Source of the DNA: Octopus vulgaris
Taxonomy: Eukaryota
Length of the DNA stretch: 64,000 nucleotides
Direction: 5' to 3'
Assembly (NCBI GenBank): GCA_951406725.2
Contig: OX597826.1
Location: 46,996,001 to 47,060,000 of the forward strand
Part shown: piece by piece, positions 41,490-57,049 of the stretch
Layout: each line of letters starts with the position of its first letter
Position numbering within the stretch: position 1 is the stretch's first letter
Notes under the pieces: model-generated
The model's input: only the letters and a program-made list of their open reading frames with translations
The model's database searches: none
What the model was told of the DNA's origin: nothing
Made by a program: the position numbers and the translations under genes

Positions 41490-42856
41490 TTGCATACACA
41501 CACAAACATACCAAAAATAAACTGAGATACACACAACCATATAACACACATTTTTTGATTAAGTATATGTGTATATATGTTTGTATATATATATATACAT
41601 ACATATATGGTTATTTATATGTTTACACACACGTACACACACGTATATATATCAACATGCAAGAATGTAACATATGGTGATGATGATAGAGATAAATACA
41701 TAAAGAGGATGGAAGAGAGTGGGTAAGGAGAGAAATCTGTACTGATCATCTAAATTGTAGAAGCTAAGTGCGGAATCCACATTAAGGACACGCTACATTG
41801 CTATTAATGATGTAAAGTCGGCAAGAACACTTGTCGCACAAAAGCTTAGCCTTGTCTAAACGTTATGTCGGACATATTGAAACGAGAAGAAGACATGTTG
41901 TTTTTACTGGAGAAGGGCTCTCCTTCCGGCACCCTCACTACTTTTAGTAATTTACACACTTACAGGTCAAAGTCGATATCGTTGGCACTTTTTGACACCA
42001 AATCCTAACAGAACCGACACCGATACGACAAAACAACAGCAGAAGCAAGAACAGGAATAAAAGCAGCTATAAGAATTATAATAATAATATAAACAATAAT
42101 AACAACAATAACAACTATATCTTTGATAATATGGTGTCTTTTGGACTATAATTGTTTGGTTTTCTTTTTGATTACTTTTTCATTTGGAATTTCGGTTTCG
42201 TTAAGTTATAAAAGAAAGGAGGTGCGGTTTGAAAGATGGAAGACATTTTCTAGCATCCAACGAACGCTTCATGCTCATTATAATTGTTTATATAACCCTG
42301 CTTTAACATTAACAGTTCCTTAACAATAACAATAATACCAATAATCCGATTAACTCCGTAGCACACTCTGATATCTAAGCCGACTTCCAGTAAATCTATA
42401 CTACAGAGATCAAACCGTTGATGCTACGCTTATACCTAATATCACATTTGATAAATATATGTAACATATCGTTATTATTACATTGAAACAAGATGGCTGG
42501 GAGGGATTTGCGTGTATATGTGTATATGCTTCTGTGTGTGTGGTGGGTGGGGTGGGGTGCGGTTATAGTAACAACGTCAATTACTATATCTTGTATAATG
42601 ATTTAACCGTTGTAGATAATGTACTGAATTTTCGACAGACTGTTGTAATTTGTAAATATAAGAGTATAAATGAATAACAGTTAGATTTAAGTACATGTGA
42701 TCGTAGATAAGATGAGGTCGAATACTCTTACGTTACACACAATAATGGCAATTAGAATTATGTCTTAAGAAGACAGTTTTGGCATTTTCGTACAATGAAA
42801 TTTTCTTGCACAAATACAGTATATGGATATATTGATACAGTGGTATCAAAAGTATT

Positions 42857-43205
42857 GGTGCAGTGTGGTCAAAGGGCTGAGAAGTTCACTTCGCAATGAT
42901 AAAATTCCAGTTTTCGATTCCGCAGTGTGACATCATATGCAAGTGACATGTTTTGCTTCCTCAGGTCAATCCAAACTTGTGAGTAAAATCAGGTATACAG
43001 AAACTATATGGAAGCCCTTCGGAAGAGTTATAACCTATAATTTAAAGGTACTGCATTGTCACTCAATGCACCACGCCGAAAATTATGTTGATGTTACACG
43101 TGTCTATGGAATACTCAGCCATCTGCAATTTAACTCAATGAGCATAGAGATTCAGTAGTTCTAACAACTGAACAATTATGGATGGAAGTTCTGACAGGGA
43201 GTCAT
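42857..43205 (+). mobile_element. Old SINE: B-like head joined to the tail type seen at 36287
   Basis: Head ..TTTCGATTCCGCAGTGTGACA..CTTGTGAGTAAAATCAGGTATACAGAAACTATATGGAAGCCC; tail TACACGTGTCTATGGAATACTCAGCCA. Confidence 0.6.
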
Positions 43206-43919
43206 TTTGCTAAGTATAAAACTCATATATTTATGTCTATATATAGCTAGAATACCATCTGTACGCATAGAAATTATTGTGCGTCTATGTGTATAGGAAT
43301 TGGATTATATGCAAGTATATATAAAAACTAGGTTGCAGTAATGCCTGGAGTTTAATTAATTCCTTACACTATAGCGTCTGGATCGTTACGTTTGTAAATA
43401 ATTTTGATAGCGATTCTAAAAAGAAACTGTCTCCAACTTAAAATCATCAGTTGGTCTTTTGGATTTCTTTAACGGAGTAAATTTTGTTACAAACATTCAA
43501 GCAAATTTTCCCCAATTTTCGTTAGATGACGCTCTCACCTCCTATGCTCACTGGCCAGGTCTGAAAGGTATCAAATTTGCTGTTTCTTCCTTCTGTGAGT
43601 ACGTCATTTATAAAAGGTTTCAGAGAATAGTGACATTCATACTTTACCAAGACACATATATATTTAAATCATATTCTGATAATCGCTTTGAACAGGCTTT
43701 AATCTAAGGTTAGAATCTACTCATTAATTCTTTTATTCCGTGGGGAGCCGTACTCTATATACCTTCACGGTAACCTCAGATCAGAAAGGTAATCTCAGAT
43801 CAGAGACTGGCCTGAATGCTTAAAACATAGTAGATTCTCCTAAAGATATCGAAGGTGCAAGGCGGTGGTGTAAAACAAGACGATGGAATAAGCTTATCAT
43901 TTATATAAAGCTCGGTAGT

Positions 43920-44230
43920 ATTTAAGCCCAGAGTACAGAGACCCGGTACAAAAACTGCGAACAAAAGTATCCGGTCCGACTTTCGCAAAGTCCCAACAAT
44001 GCACTGCGCTGGACTGGTACTGTTTTATTGACCCCCAAAACAATAAAAGGCAAGGTTGACCTGAATGGGATTTGAACCAGAAGTGAAGAAAGACAAAAAA
44101 AAATAATATATCGTGCAAGATATAATGTTATTTTGACTTCAGTAGGATTCGAACTTACGGCACAGAGAACCAGATCGAACACCACGACTCATTCTCTCCA
44201 ACACTCAAGCGTTCCTATTAAAATTGCCGC
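43920..44230 (-). mobile_element. Degenerate family A SINE fragments
   Basis: ACTGGTACTGTTTTATTGACCCC..AAAGGCAAGGTTGACCTGAATGGGATTTGAAC, plus a second B box GGATTCGAAC near 44145. Confidence 0.7.
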
Positions 44231-44912
44231 CTAAACAAAGAACGCTGGTGTATTAGGAAAATACCTAAGACTGTAGCTTAGTCAGTTTTATACAGTTCAC
44301 GGAAAGGTTGCTGGGAAATGTTCTACTGTTTGGCTCTACATTTCGATCTTGTCTGGAGGAAAAATTAAAAAATCGTAGTGAGAGTGATGCTTCATTAGGT
44401 CTCACCGGAGAAATAATAATGATGTATGTTTGTGACTACCAGCTGGATACCAGCTAGCTGTAGTTAGTTTGTAGTTTAAACATAGCTGAGTACCATCTAA
44501 CTATAAACGTAACGCTTAGAAAAGGTCTAGGATGTCAAATCAGCAGAATTTTATATGTGTTTTTTTTTTTAATGGATTTAGAAGGAAGGGTGGGTCTGTG
44601 TCCATACTTTTCTGTGGCTTTTTTTTTCCGATGCGGGAATGAACAAACATGAGTACAAACCCGTATACCCTGCTTGTCTGGGATAGGGCTGCATGGAATT
44701 CCCATTAAGGACAGGATGGGAATGTGTGTGGTATCGACAAATACAGAACTAACAATATCAACAACACAACTAACAAGCACAACAATAACTTCACGACCCA
44801 ATATCAGAGGTTCTACACAACGTGGTCATTCAATCTGCTAGAAATAGTAACTTCATCTCTCTCCCCATTTATATACTGGCGTCTGAAATAAAGGAAAATT
44901 TTTTAGAATGCA

Positions 44913-44991
<79 letters not shown>

Positions 44992-45155
44992 TAGTCAATG
45001 TCAAACTTCCTCTTGTCAGAATTAGCAAACATATACTCTAATAAAATGTATTGAGTTGTCCTTCGCATTAATGTTAAATTGCTTTCATATATAAACTGAC
45101 GTAAAAAGAAGGTTTAACACACACACACGCACATACACTCACACACACACACACA

Positions 45156-45190
<35 letters not shown>

Positions 45191-45193
<3 letters not shown>

Positions 45194-45275
45194 TACTACT
45201 TGATCACTGGGGTCCATGTAATCGTCTTAGTCCATACCCCGAAATTACTGGTCTTTTGCCAGAGTTTGAAACCTG
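45191..45275 (+). mobile_element. 3' fragment of a family A SINE
   Basis: AAGTAC..CACTGGGGTCCATGTAATCG..CCCCGAAATTACTGGTCTTTTGCC. Confidence 0.6.
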
Positions 45276-47035
45276 TACACACACACACACATAAACACAC
45301 ACACACACACACGCATGTGTGTGTCTGTGAGTGTGTGTATACTGACGGGATAGACTCTACTGGGACGTCTTTCATCATACGTTTGCAGATTCAAAGCTGA
45401 TGTTGGAATAAACGACAAACACAGTAAAAACAATATAGAAAAACTGATTATAAATAACCACCTATCTATCCACTTACAATAAACTGTCAAACAATTGCAT
45501 TCTTGGGGGTCTGTTGGCATACAAGGTGTCCTCCTTCAGGTTTGACAAACGGCTTTCGTTGTCTTGTTTTTCAGACCACGTCCTTTCGTACAAAAATGCA
45601 TCGTTCATGTTTGGTATAAAGTAATTGTTCAAGGACCAATCGTCGCGACCTTATCGTTCTCAATACCCGCTCTATTTGCCTTTTCTAATCGACTGACCAT
45701 CTCCTACACTACTCTACTTTTCTTCGCTGCTTCAACTCTGTCTAAAATAACAGATTTATTTTTAAATTCTCTTTAAGCAAATCTTCCAAACTTTAAAACG
45801 CTTAAATCTTCAAATAATATTTTACTATACAAAATAAATAAACAAATACTCTCACACATAAATAATCCTTCATCACTACCTTCACTAAGCAACTTCTGTC
45901 GTCTAGCTTTCCTTTTCTTTATTTCAGTGTTAATAACGTTCTTATAATGACTCCTGTTGACCTTTATTTTGGTCAAAACTATAAACAGAAGATTTTTCTG
46001 TATTTGTTGGTATTCATCTTATATGGTATTCATCTTATATGCGAGAACTATTTTATGGTTAAAATCCAATCCGGATAGCCAAACGAATTTTTATATCCGA
46101 ACCCTAACCATAAAGTAGCAATTAAAACAATAAAATATGTCCCTAGATTCTTTGAGAACTCCCATTAAATCTGTGTCGTCTTATTCTAAAAACCATGCCA
46201 AATTATGGTTGTGGCTAATTCCTGTCAGTTATTTTCTATCTTAACGCCATCTTCATTTGTGGATATATCGAAGTCGTTACAATATATCAACAATTTAAAA
46301 TTCCTGTGTATGTTTTGAAAAAAATAAAGTAAAAATGCATCCGAATATGTTTAGATTACAAAGGAGGTATCTTCAAAAGCGAGTAGAGCTTATTTATTTT
46401 TCACAATAAACTTGGATATACATAAAAGGCGGTCAAACTCTAGACGTCTTTCTTCACTTAGGCATTTCACACGTAAAAATAAACCAAAGCAAAAACGGAA
46501 AAGGAAAAAGAAAAAGCCATCACCAGTCTTAAGAGAAAGACCTCCCGATGGCGTTTGAAATTCGAAACTGTGATAATTTCATTGATAACAGGCAAGAAGT
46601 TCGAAGGAAAGAAGAAAAACAAAGATAAGGAGACTATTCGAAATCAAAGTGTTATTTTCTTAATGCTTTTAGTTCTATGCTACGAAACAAATACCTGTCT
46701 TAAAGTTACTCCACATATAATCAGCGGAACATAATACCGGACTACAAAGCCCTCTAAATTACTTTAAACATATATAAATAATAGTACGAGTGTGTGTATA
46801 GACGTGTATTTCTCTCTCTGTACGTAAGTATGTGTGTGTGTGTGTGTATATATATGTATATATATACATACATGTGTATGTGATTGCGTGTGTTTGTGTG
46901 GGTGCGCGAGGGGGCGTGTGTGCTTGTGTTTGCATTATTATTAACCCGCATACATAAAGACATATATGTATGTGTACATATAGAGATATATATGCGTGTA
47001 TGTGAACCCATATGTACGTGCCTATATAAGTGAAC

Positions 47036-47141
<106 letters not shown>

Positions 47142-47211
47142 ATTAATGTATGACTGTATATTGGTATACTCACAGAGTTGCATATATGTGTAAATAAATA
47201 AATACACTTAT

Positions 47212-47283
47212 TAGCAATACCAGGTTTCGAACCCGGGGATTTACATATGCACAGTGAAAGATCTGCCACTGACCTAAATTCTC
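47212..47283 (-). pseudogene. tRNA-Ala(TGC)-derived pseudogene
   Basis: The 72-nt GAGAATTTAGGTCAGTGGCAGATCTTTCACTGTGCATATGTAAATCCCCGGGTTCGAAACCTGGTATTGCTA aligns colinearly with metazoan tRNA-Ala (GGGGATGTAGCTCAGTGGTAGAGC..TGC..CCCCGGGTTCGATCCCCGGCATCTCCA). The acceptor and anticodon stems are disrupted. Confidence 0.65.
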
Positions 47284-47307
47284 TTAGCTATATGCGTCAG
47301 AACAAAC

Positions 47308-47735
47308 GCGGCGAGCTGGCAGAATCATTAGCACGCTGAGCGAAATGCTTAGCAGTATTTCGTCTGTCGTTACGTTCTGAGTTCAAATTCCGCCGAGGTC
47401 GACTTTGCCTTTCATCCTTCCGGGATCGATTAAATAAGCACCAGTTTACGCACTAGGGTCGATATAATCGACTTAATACTTTTGTCTGTCCTTGTTTGTC
47501 CCCTCTATGTTTAACCCCTTGCGGGCAATAAAGAAATAAGGAACGTTAGCACCCCGAGCTAAATGTCTAGCGGTATTTCGTCTGTTTTTACGTTCTGAGT
47601 TCAAATTCCATCAGGGTCAACTTTGCCTTTCATCCTTTCAGGATTGATAAATTAAATACCCGTTGCGTAATGGGGTCGATCTAATCGACTGTCCACTTCC
47701 CCAAAATGTCAAGCCTTGTACCTAGATTAGAAAAA
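47308..47735 (+). mobile_element. Family A SINE heterodimer (A1 then A2) inside one ~19-bp TSD
   Basis: TSD TATATGCGTCAG(A/C)ACA(A/G)AC at 47289-47307 and 47736-47754. Confidence 0.93.
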
Positions 47736-47976
47736 TATATGCGTCAGCACAGACACATGCAAATATATATTCCACTTACCCACTAATAGATACAATACAA
47801 ATTTATGTTAATTCGTTTGCATTTCTGCATTGCGCATTAGCTGGGTTTCAGTCGCTGGAATAATTTGTACCCGTAAGACTTTATATTACAATTCAATAAC
47901 CTTCTACTAAAACTTTCATACTCAGCCACATGTATTGAATACCCTTCTTTTGCTTGAAAGGTCAAATACAAACCAT

Positions 47977-48033
<57 letters not shown>

Positions 48034-48107
48034 ATATCTATCTATCTATCTATCTATCTTTCTACCTATCTATTTACCTATTTGTCTATCTATCTTTTTT
48101 TCTTTCT

Positions 48108-48492
48108 TTTCTTTTACTTGTTTCAGTAATTTGACTGCGGCCATGCTGCAGCACCGCCTTTAGTCGAGCAAATCGACCCCGGGACTTATTCTTTGTAAGC
48201 CCAGTACTTATTCTATCGGTTTCTTTTTGCCGAACCGCTAATTGACGGGGACGTAAACACACCATCATCGGTTGTCAAGCAATGCTAGGGGGACAAACAC
48301 AGACACACAAACACATACACATACATATATATATATACATATATACGACAGGCTTCTTTCAGTTTCCGTCTACCAAATCCACTGGTCGGCCCGGGGCTAT
48401 AGCAGAAGACACTTGCCCAAGATGCCACGCAGTGGGACTGAACCCGGAACTATGTGGTTGGTTAGCAAGCTACTTACCACCCAGCCACTCCT
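48108..48492 (-). mobile_element. Full-length family B SINE next to (TATC)n
   Basis: Reverse complement of the B consensus. Confidence 0.94.
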
Positions 48493-48519
48493 GTTTATCT
48501 CTCTATCATTTTTTATTAT

Positions 48520-49764
<1,245 letters not shown>

Positions 49765-50268
49765 GACATGTTTATATGTGTATCGACCTTTCTACGTATG
49801 ACTGTCAGTTTGTCTGTCTCTATATGTCTGACTCTCTGTCTCTGTGTGTCAGTCTCTCTGTGTCTGTCTATGCGAATCTCTCTTTCTGTGTGTCTGTATG
49901 TCTTTCTCTGATTGTTTATTGGCTGCCTGGGTATAACTACCACGTACTTTTCTTTGCGATTTCCCTGTGTTGCAACTTCAGGAAGCTTTCCAGCCACATT
50001 CTATCTGCAGTACGCTAATGAAGGCATCACATGTCCATATTTATATCTGACCATCTGACAGTTGGAAATGGCACCCACACACACCTACGAACTCACTCAC
50101 ACTCTCTCTTTCTCTCTCTCACTTTCACACACACACACATACACATAGACATACATACATGTGCATATATATATGTAAATATATATATATGTATATTTAT
50201 GTATATGCATGTATAAGTATGTATATGTGTGTGTATTTATACTTATAACTTAACCTTATGTACTTTCT

Positions 50269-50400
50269 AAAATCTCTGACGAAGCCTAGAGAAACACCCA
50301 AATACCTCAATTTCATCTACTAATTACTTCATTCTACTGGAGGGATAAAGGTAGAATGAGGTAATTTTGCCTCTTGGCTGAAACAGCTGTAAGATATTTT
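50269..50400 (+). ncRNA. Type I hammerhead-ribozyme-like motif with 97-nt extended stem II (Penelope-like fragment)
   Basis: AUCU-CUGACGA-AGCCUAGAG..CUCUUGGCU-GAAA-CAGCUG-UA-AGAU, with an internal 16-bp hairpin AAUUACUUCAUUCUAC/GUAGAAUGAGGUAAUU. Confidence 0.7.
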
Positions 50401-51084
50401 TTCCAAATTTCTATTTCTGTATGTTATATATTTTAATAATTACTGGTATCTTTATATATTATATATATGTAAAGCATAATATTTTATAAATGATATGTAT
50501 ATTGTTGTAATTGTCATTTTAGCAAATAAACAAATAAATTGATATAATATGTCTAAAAGTTGATGAATACCACCTATTGATACCCCTCCATTTTCTTATT
50601 GTTCTCTCTTTATTTATATATATGTGTGTGTGTGATTATATTACTATACAAAAATCATTTTCTTATTTTCATATTTATTGAGCTCTTTGCTTTTCGTTTA
50701 TCACAAAATGTGCAATAGATATCTGTTGAAGTGTAGTAATATGTTATACCCTCTCACCAAAAGCTATGCTTTACGTTCCATACAGTCCCATATATTTATA
50801 TTCGAAAATAGTTCTGACTCACCATTACAGCCTACACACACTCTCTTTCTCGCTGTCAATTTGTCTGTCTGCCTCTCTGTCTCGTTTCCCCCCTCTCTAC
50901 CTATATGCTTCTTTCCCACATACCGTCTTTAGTCCCTTGCATCGAAGGAAAGTATGCTTTTGTTTTAAAGGCAACACTTAGCTTGAATTACGCACTTTTT
51001 ACTTTAATGGCCATTTCTAAATATGTAACGCACTCTTCAAAAATATATACGGCTGTCTAGCTGAGCAAGTACCCAGGCAATGTT

Positions 51085-51113
51085 GATTTGTGCACGCGCA
51101 TGCATGTGTACTT

Positions 51114-51169
<56 letters not shown>

Positions 51170-51218
51170 GTATATATATACATACGTACATACATACATA
51201 CATACATACATACATACG

Positions 51219-51295
<77 letters not shown>

Positions 51296-52275
51296 GCATG
51301 TGTATTTATGCAAATATTCATGCATACAAAAATATGGATGTATAGATAAGTATTTATAAAATTAGGCATATCTGTGTGTGTGTGTGTGTGTGTATGTGTG
51401 AGAACGTAATTTATGTGCACATATATGCATTATATGCGAGCAGTGATGTATTTCTAACTACATGCATCTGTACGTACGCTGCATAATTATCCGTTTGTCT
51501 TAGGTTGGTGAATGGTGGTCAGAAATATCAATGCACAATTATTGTAGAAACGTTTGATATATCAAATCATAGCCAGAAAATTACAACGACATATTCATAA
51601 AGATATGTAAGTGGATATATAGGTATGTATGTATGTATGAATGTATGTATGTTAGTGTATATATGTGCGTGGATGCATGTATGTATGCATGTTTTTGTAT
51701 ATATGTACGTAAGTACATATATGTTTGTATATATGAATGTATTACTTATAAGTACATATGTACTTATATACACAAACACAAACACACACACACACACACA
51801 TATATATATACATATACAGTGATGCATACATATATAGATATATATAAATATATCTATATATGTGTATATGTATGTTTGTATGCATGTAAGTACGCATATG
51901 TATATATGTATGTTTGTATATATGTAAGTACGCACACACGTTTGTATGTACGAATATATTACGTATGTATTGTATGTATGTATATATGTATGTATTTATG
52001 TATGTATGTATGTATGTATGTATGTATGTATGTATGTATGTATGTATGTGGATGCCTGTTTGTATGCATATGGCGGTATATATCTATTTAAATATGGGAG
52101 GGTATGTATATAAATACTCCATTATTTTAACCGAGCGCGTAATGAGGGATGGCACGTGGAAGGCATAGTAATATATTAATGTGGATTTTCCAAACATTCA
52201 CCAATTAATTTAACATTCTGTCTGTTTGTATGCGTACATGCGCATACATGCCTAAATGCATAGATACATTGAATC

Positions 52276-52334
<59 letters not shown>

Positions 52335-52419
52335 AAATAGAGAGATAGATATAAGTATGTAGATGCGTTCCTATAACCGTGCGAACAAAGATAATTGAGA
52401 AATATAGTAATACATACAC

Positions 52420-52477
<58 letters not shown>

Positions 52478-52765
52478 ATGTGTGTGTGTGTGTGTGTCTG
52501 TGTGTTTTTGTGTATGTATGTGTTTGTGTACATACATATATGTATAGATATCCATATACCTGTATATATATACACATGAATATATGAGTGTGTGTAGGAG
52601 GGAGAGAGTGTACAAATATAAATGAAATATATGTATTGAAATTGTTCGCACAAAAATATTCATTAAGATACACATGATAATACTTAAGCTCTTAAAAGGT
52701 AGATGTGTGTATATAATATATATATATATATTTATTTATAATACATACATACATACATACATACA

Positions 52766-52801
<36 letters not shown>

Positions 52802-53969
52802 TACATATATATATATATTCATATACGCATGTGCTTATAGAATCACACGCGTATATACACAAGTTTTTAGGCGCACGTAATGTGCATACATGTACATGAA
52901 TGCTTATTTCGCCTAAACTTGTATAGAATCGTATATAGTTTGAATTGAAAATAAATATAGAAAAATTAGAAGAATTTTATATAGTGGCGTTCTTTAAGCT
53001 GTGCTTTGAAAGTATATATATACATATATATGTAGGTTTATATTTGTTTGTGTGTGTCTCTGTATGTATGAGTGTGTGTGTATATATATTTTTGTATGTA
53101 TATATGTATGTATGTATGTACACTTCTCTCTCTGTCTCTATCTATCAATCTCTCTCTCTATCTTAATGTATATGTATATATTTCTATTAATGCACATACA
53201 TGTCTGTACAAAGACATATCTACATATGTATATAAGTATTTATAAACAAATATACTTATATGTAAATATACATACACACACTCATTCAAGCCTACCCACC
53301 CACCCACACTCACACAAATACAAACATACACACAAACACTCACGCACAAATATACATCTACACATACATAACATATATACATGAGTATTCATATCTATAT
53401 TACTGTATTATCACCAATGTATATACACACTGCATGAGTAACTACGCCAAAAACGTGAATTGTATGATACACTCACATTCGCACACAAATAAACTAGAAA
53501 ACTCACCCGTAAACACCTACACTCACAAACACTTACATATATATATATATACACACACACACAAATATTGTTGTTTGTGTATGTATATCTATGTTTCTGT
53601 GTATGTATTTCTGTGTGTGTTTGGGAGATCATAAGCCTGTACGTAAATATCGGTATATGTATGAAATATAAACGCGTGCGTTTGTATCTAACTAGAACCA
53701 ATAAAATTGCTTAACTATTTTTCTATCATTTCGATTCTACTTTGGTGAACATTTATAGATTTATCGCAATATATTTGTTAAAAGATGTTATTTGGCGCGG
53801 GAAAAAAATAGTTATATATTTTGTATAGCATATTGAAAAGATTGGGTTGATATACTTGGTGCTGATGTGGGAGGCGTACGGGGAGAGGGGCCAACATTTG
53901 TGAGCCTATTCGGCTCTCTGAAAACGTCTTATTGCCTGTAGGAGATGCAAAGATACAAACACACACACA

Positions 53970-54008
<39 letters not shown>

Positions 54009-54127
54009 ACACATACACACACGCACACACACACACACAAACACTCACACACACATACATGCACACACACACACAAACATGTACATACACACATACATGT
54101 ACACACACACATAAACACAAACACACA

Positions 54128-54161
<34 letters not shown>

Positions 54162-54273
54162 TATTTAGGTGTGTGTGTAAGTATCTGTATATATCATATA
54201 TAGTTTGTGTATATATGCGTGTTTGTATATAAATAGAGATATGCATATATATATATATGTATATATATATATG

Positions 54274-54337
<64 letters not shown>

Positions 54338-54515
54338 AATATATGTATATATGTATATATATATATGTATATTTATATACATACATATATATATATGTAT
54401 ATATGTATAAATATATGTATATATGTATATATATCTACATATATATACATATATATATATTTATATATATTTATATATATATATATATACATACATACAT
54501 ACACGTATGTATATG
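51085..54515. repeat. 3.4-kb field of degenerate (TA)/(CA)/(TATG) microsatellites
   Basis: Direct reading. Confidence 0.9.
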
Positions 54516-55754
54516 TTTTATCGGTTATCTTTATGAATGACAACATCTTTAATAAACAGCTCGGACATTGAAGATATCTATCAAAACTTCGGTAAATGGA
54601 GAGAGGTTAGCAAACACGGATTGTGGTTTTGCACGACACCGATTTTCGCCAATATGACACAGTCTGTAAGATATAATAAACTTTTAGTGATGATATGTTA
54701 AGTACATAAAGGTAAGTGGTACATTTTCGGTTACTAGCTGCACTGATCCTTTGCCAGATATGTACTAATGAACAAAAAGCATCATTTTCTCTCCTTCTCT
54801 GTCTCTCATGTATCGTGTCCATCATCTCTCAAGTTCTGTTCGCTTGTATTAGACAGCTTACAGTAATGGCTACATTTACGCTTAATGATCGTCCTTGCTT
54901 CCTACGATTCAGTTTTGAGCTACACATTTATATGTATATGAATGCGTTTGCGCTAAAGAATGAAGGAAGGAAAGCGGTGCTAGTGTTAACGTTATTGTTT
55001 TTGTTGTTGTTATTGGTGGTGGTGGTGGTGGTAGTGGTGATGGTGGTATTTGTGGCGATGGTGTTGGCGGAGGTTAATGGCGATTTTTGTGATGTGAAGA
55101 TGATGATGTGCTGTTGAAAGTGCTAATACGGGAGTGTGATTGACGCGTGCCGGGTGGTAGGTAGAGGAGTGAGGGGGAGGGAATAGGAATAAAAATATAA
55201 ATAAAAATATAAATAAAAATAAAAATAAAACAAAAAAGAAAGATGACAGGGGTGGACCGATGACAAACTGGAAAAAGAGATGGATAAGTAGATAAATGAT
55301 ATTTATAATATAGTTTTATTTCAGTGTTATTGATTCTCATATCCTACGTGACGAGACACATCCATAAATCAAAGACTATTTTATGGAATAAAAGGAGTTC
55401 AACAAGAATTGAAATCAGATAACTAATATTCATATTAGATGGAAGTCGGTGGAGGTTCTGCCTCTGTTGTTGCTGTTGTTGTTGTTGTTGTTGTAGTTGT
55501 TGTTTGTGGTAGTGATGGTGGTGGTGGTGGTGGCTGATGGACAATCAATAAGGTAGTTTAGTGGTTATAGCTTTTGTTTCAAATGTTTATGGTAATACCT
55601 TCCACGTCTTCTATCAGCGTCAATATGATTCCAAACAGAAATACGCACAGCATCAATGCTTGTATGACATTATTTGTACGTGTTTCAATTTGAGATGAAA
55701 TATTTCCACGTGCATCATTTTGCATTCGTAGGTGATAATAGCATTGATACGTTG

Positions 55755-55807
<53 letters not shown>

Positions 55808-56018
55808 ACATCGATGTATGTATATATATATATCTGTATATATACGTATATATATATATATATGTATAAATAAATATATGTGTGTGTGTATATATATATA
55901 TGCATATATGTGTGTGTATGTCTGTGCGTCTGTATGTATATATGCATATAAACTGATATATATATGTAAGTGTATATATATATATATATATATATATGCA
56001 TATCTATCTATTTAGCTA

Positions 56019-56085
<67 letters not shown>

Positions 56086-56424
56086 ACATATATATGTATG
56101 TATCTTTCTATCTCTGTATCTCTATATACATGCACACACGCGCACAGGTACACACGTGGATATATATGCATATACTCTCACATACATACACAAATGAGGC
56201 ATGGTCAAAATGCTACCCAACTTCTCTGATCCAGATGGTGGGGGTAGCCTCAGCCATGGAACTGCTGCAATAGAAAGGAAAATAAATAAATTGATATATT
56301 AACAACATAGTGTTTCATAGTCACAATCATGTGAGATGGGTAGGAGGATCTTTGATCATTTGCTATGTGGGGCCAAGAGTAGTTACAATCTGTATCACTA
56401 TTAACCTTTATATACTTTACTTCT

Positions 56425-56548
56425 CGACTAGGTACCGAGTCCAGTGCCACTGCATGGCACCTTTGGAAAGAGTATTCTGCTATAAGCTCCGGTCGACCAA
56501 GGGTTTGTGAGTGAATTTGGTCGACAGAAATTTAAAAAAGCCCGTCGC
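56425..56548 (+). mobile_element. Degenerate family B SINE head and body fragment
   Basis: CCACTGCATGGCACCTTTGGAAAG..GGTCGACCAAGGGTTTGTGAGTGAATTTGG. Confidence 0.75.
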
Positions 56549-56854
56549 ACACACACACGCATATAATTGTGAAAGAGATTTATATATGTGTTGAGAGAGA
56601 GTGGTGTATGTAGATGAGTATGAAGTACCTCATGCGCAACCTCGCTAATAATATCGGAAATTATCTGGATTTGCGAGGCTTGTAAGCAACTCTCCACAGC
56701 ACAACACTCTACTCACTGTGAAAATCAAACCCATGACCTTACGTTCATGTGTATGACACCTTAACCATTAGGCTACACTCTTTTACTCTCTGAGTCTCTC
56801 TCTCTCTCTCTTTCTCTATCCCTATATATATATATATATATATATAAATTATTT

Positions 56855-56988
56855 CATCTAGTTTCAGCTCACGAGCTGTGGCCATGCTGGGGCACGAGTC
56901 CTCTTCTATAGTCTTGGGTCGACCAAAGCCTTGTGAGTGGATTTGGTAGAAGAAAAGAAGCCAGTCGTATATATGCTGGTATGTTTAC
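56855..56988. mobile_element. Family B SINE with inverted structure (minus-strand tail joined to plus-strand body)
   Basis: TCTAGTTTCAGCT..GTGGCCATGCTGGGGCAC (tail, minus strand), then CTTCTATAGTCTTGGGTCGACCAAAGCC..GCTGGTATGTTTAC (body, plus strand). Confidence 0.7.
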
Positions 56989-56994
56989 ACACAC

Positions 56995-57049
<55 letters not shown>

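Noticed and set aside
45400-46000. Possible LINE or other coding relic (ORF 45773-45976)
   Set aside because: No recognisable RT, endonuclease or transposase motif in the frames examined.
54688-54717. Perfect donor AAG|GTAAGT with an upstream TTTTAG
   Set aside because: The 24-nt candidate exon has stops in all three phases, so it could only be non-coding; consensus donors also occur by chance.
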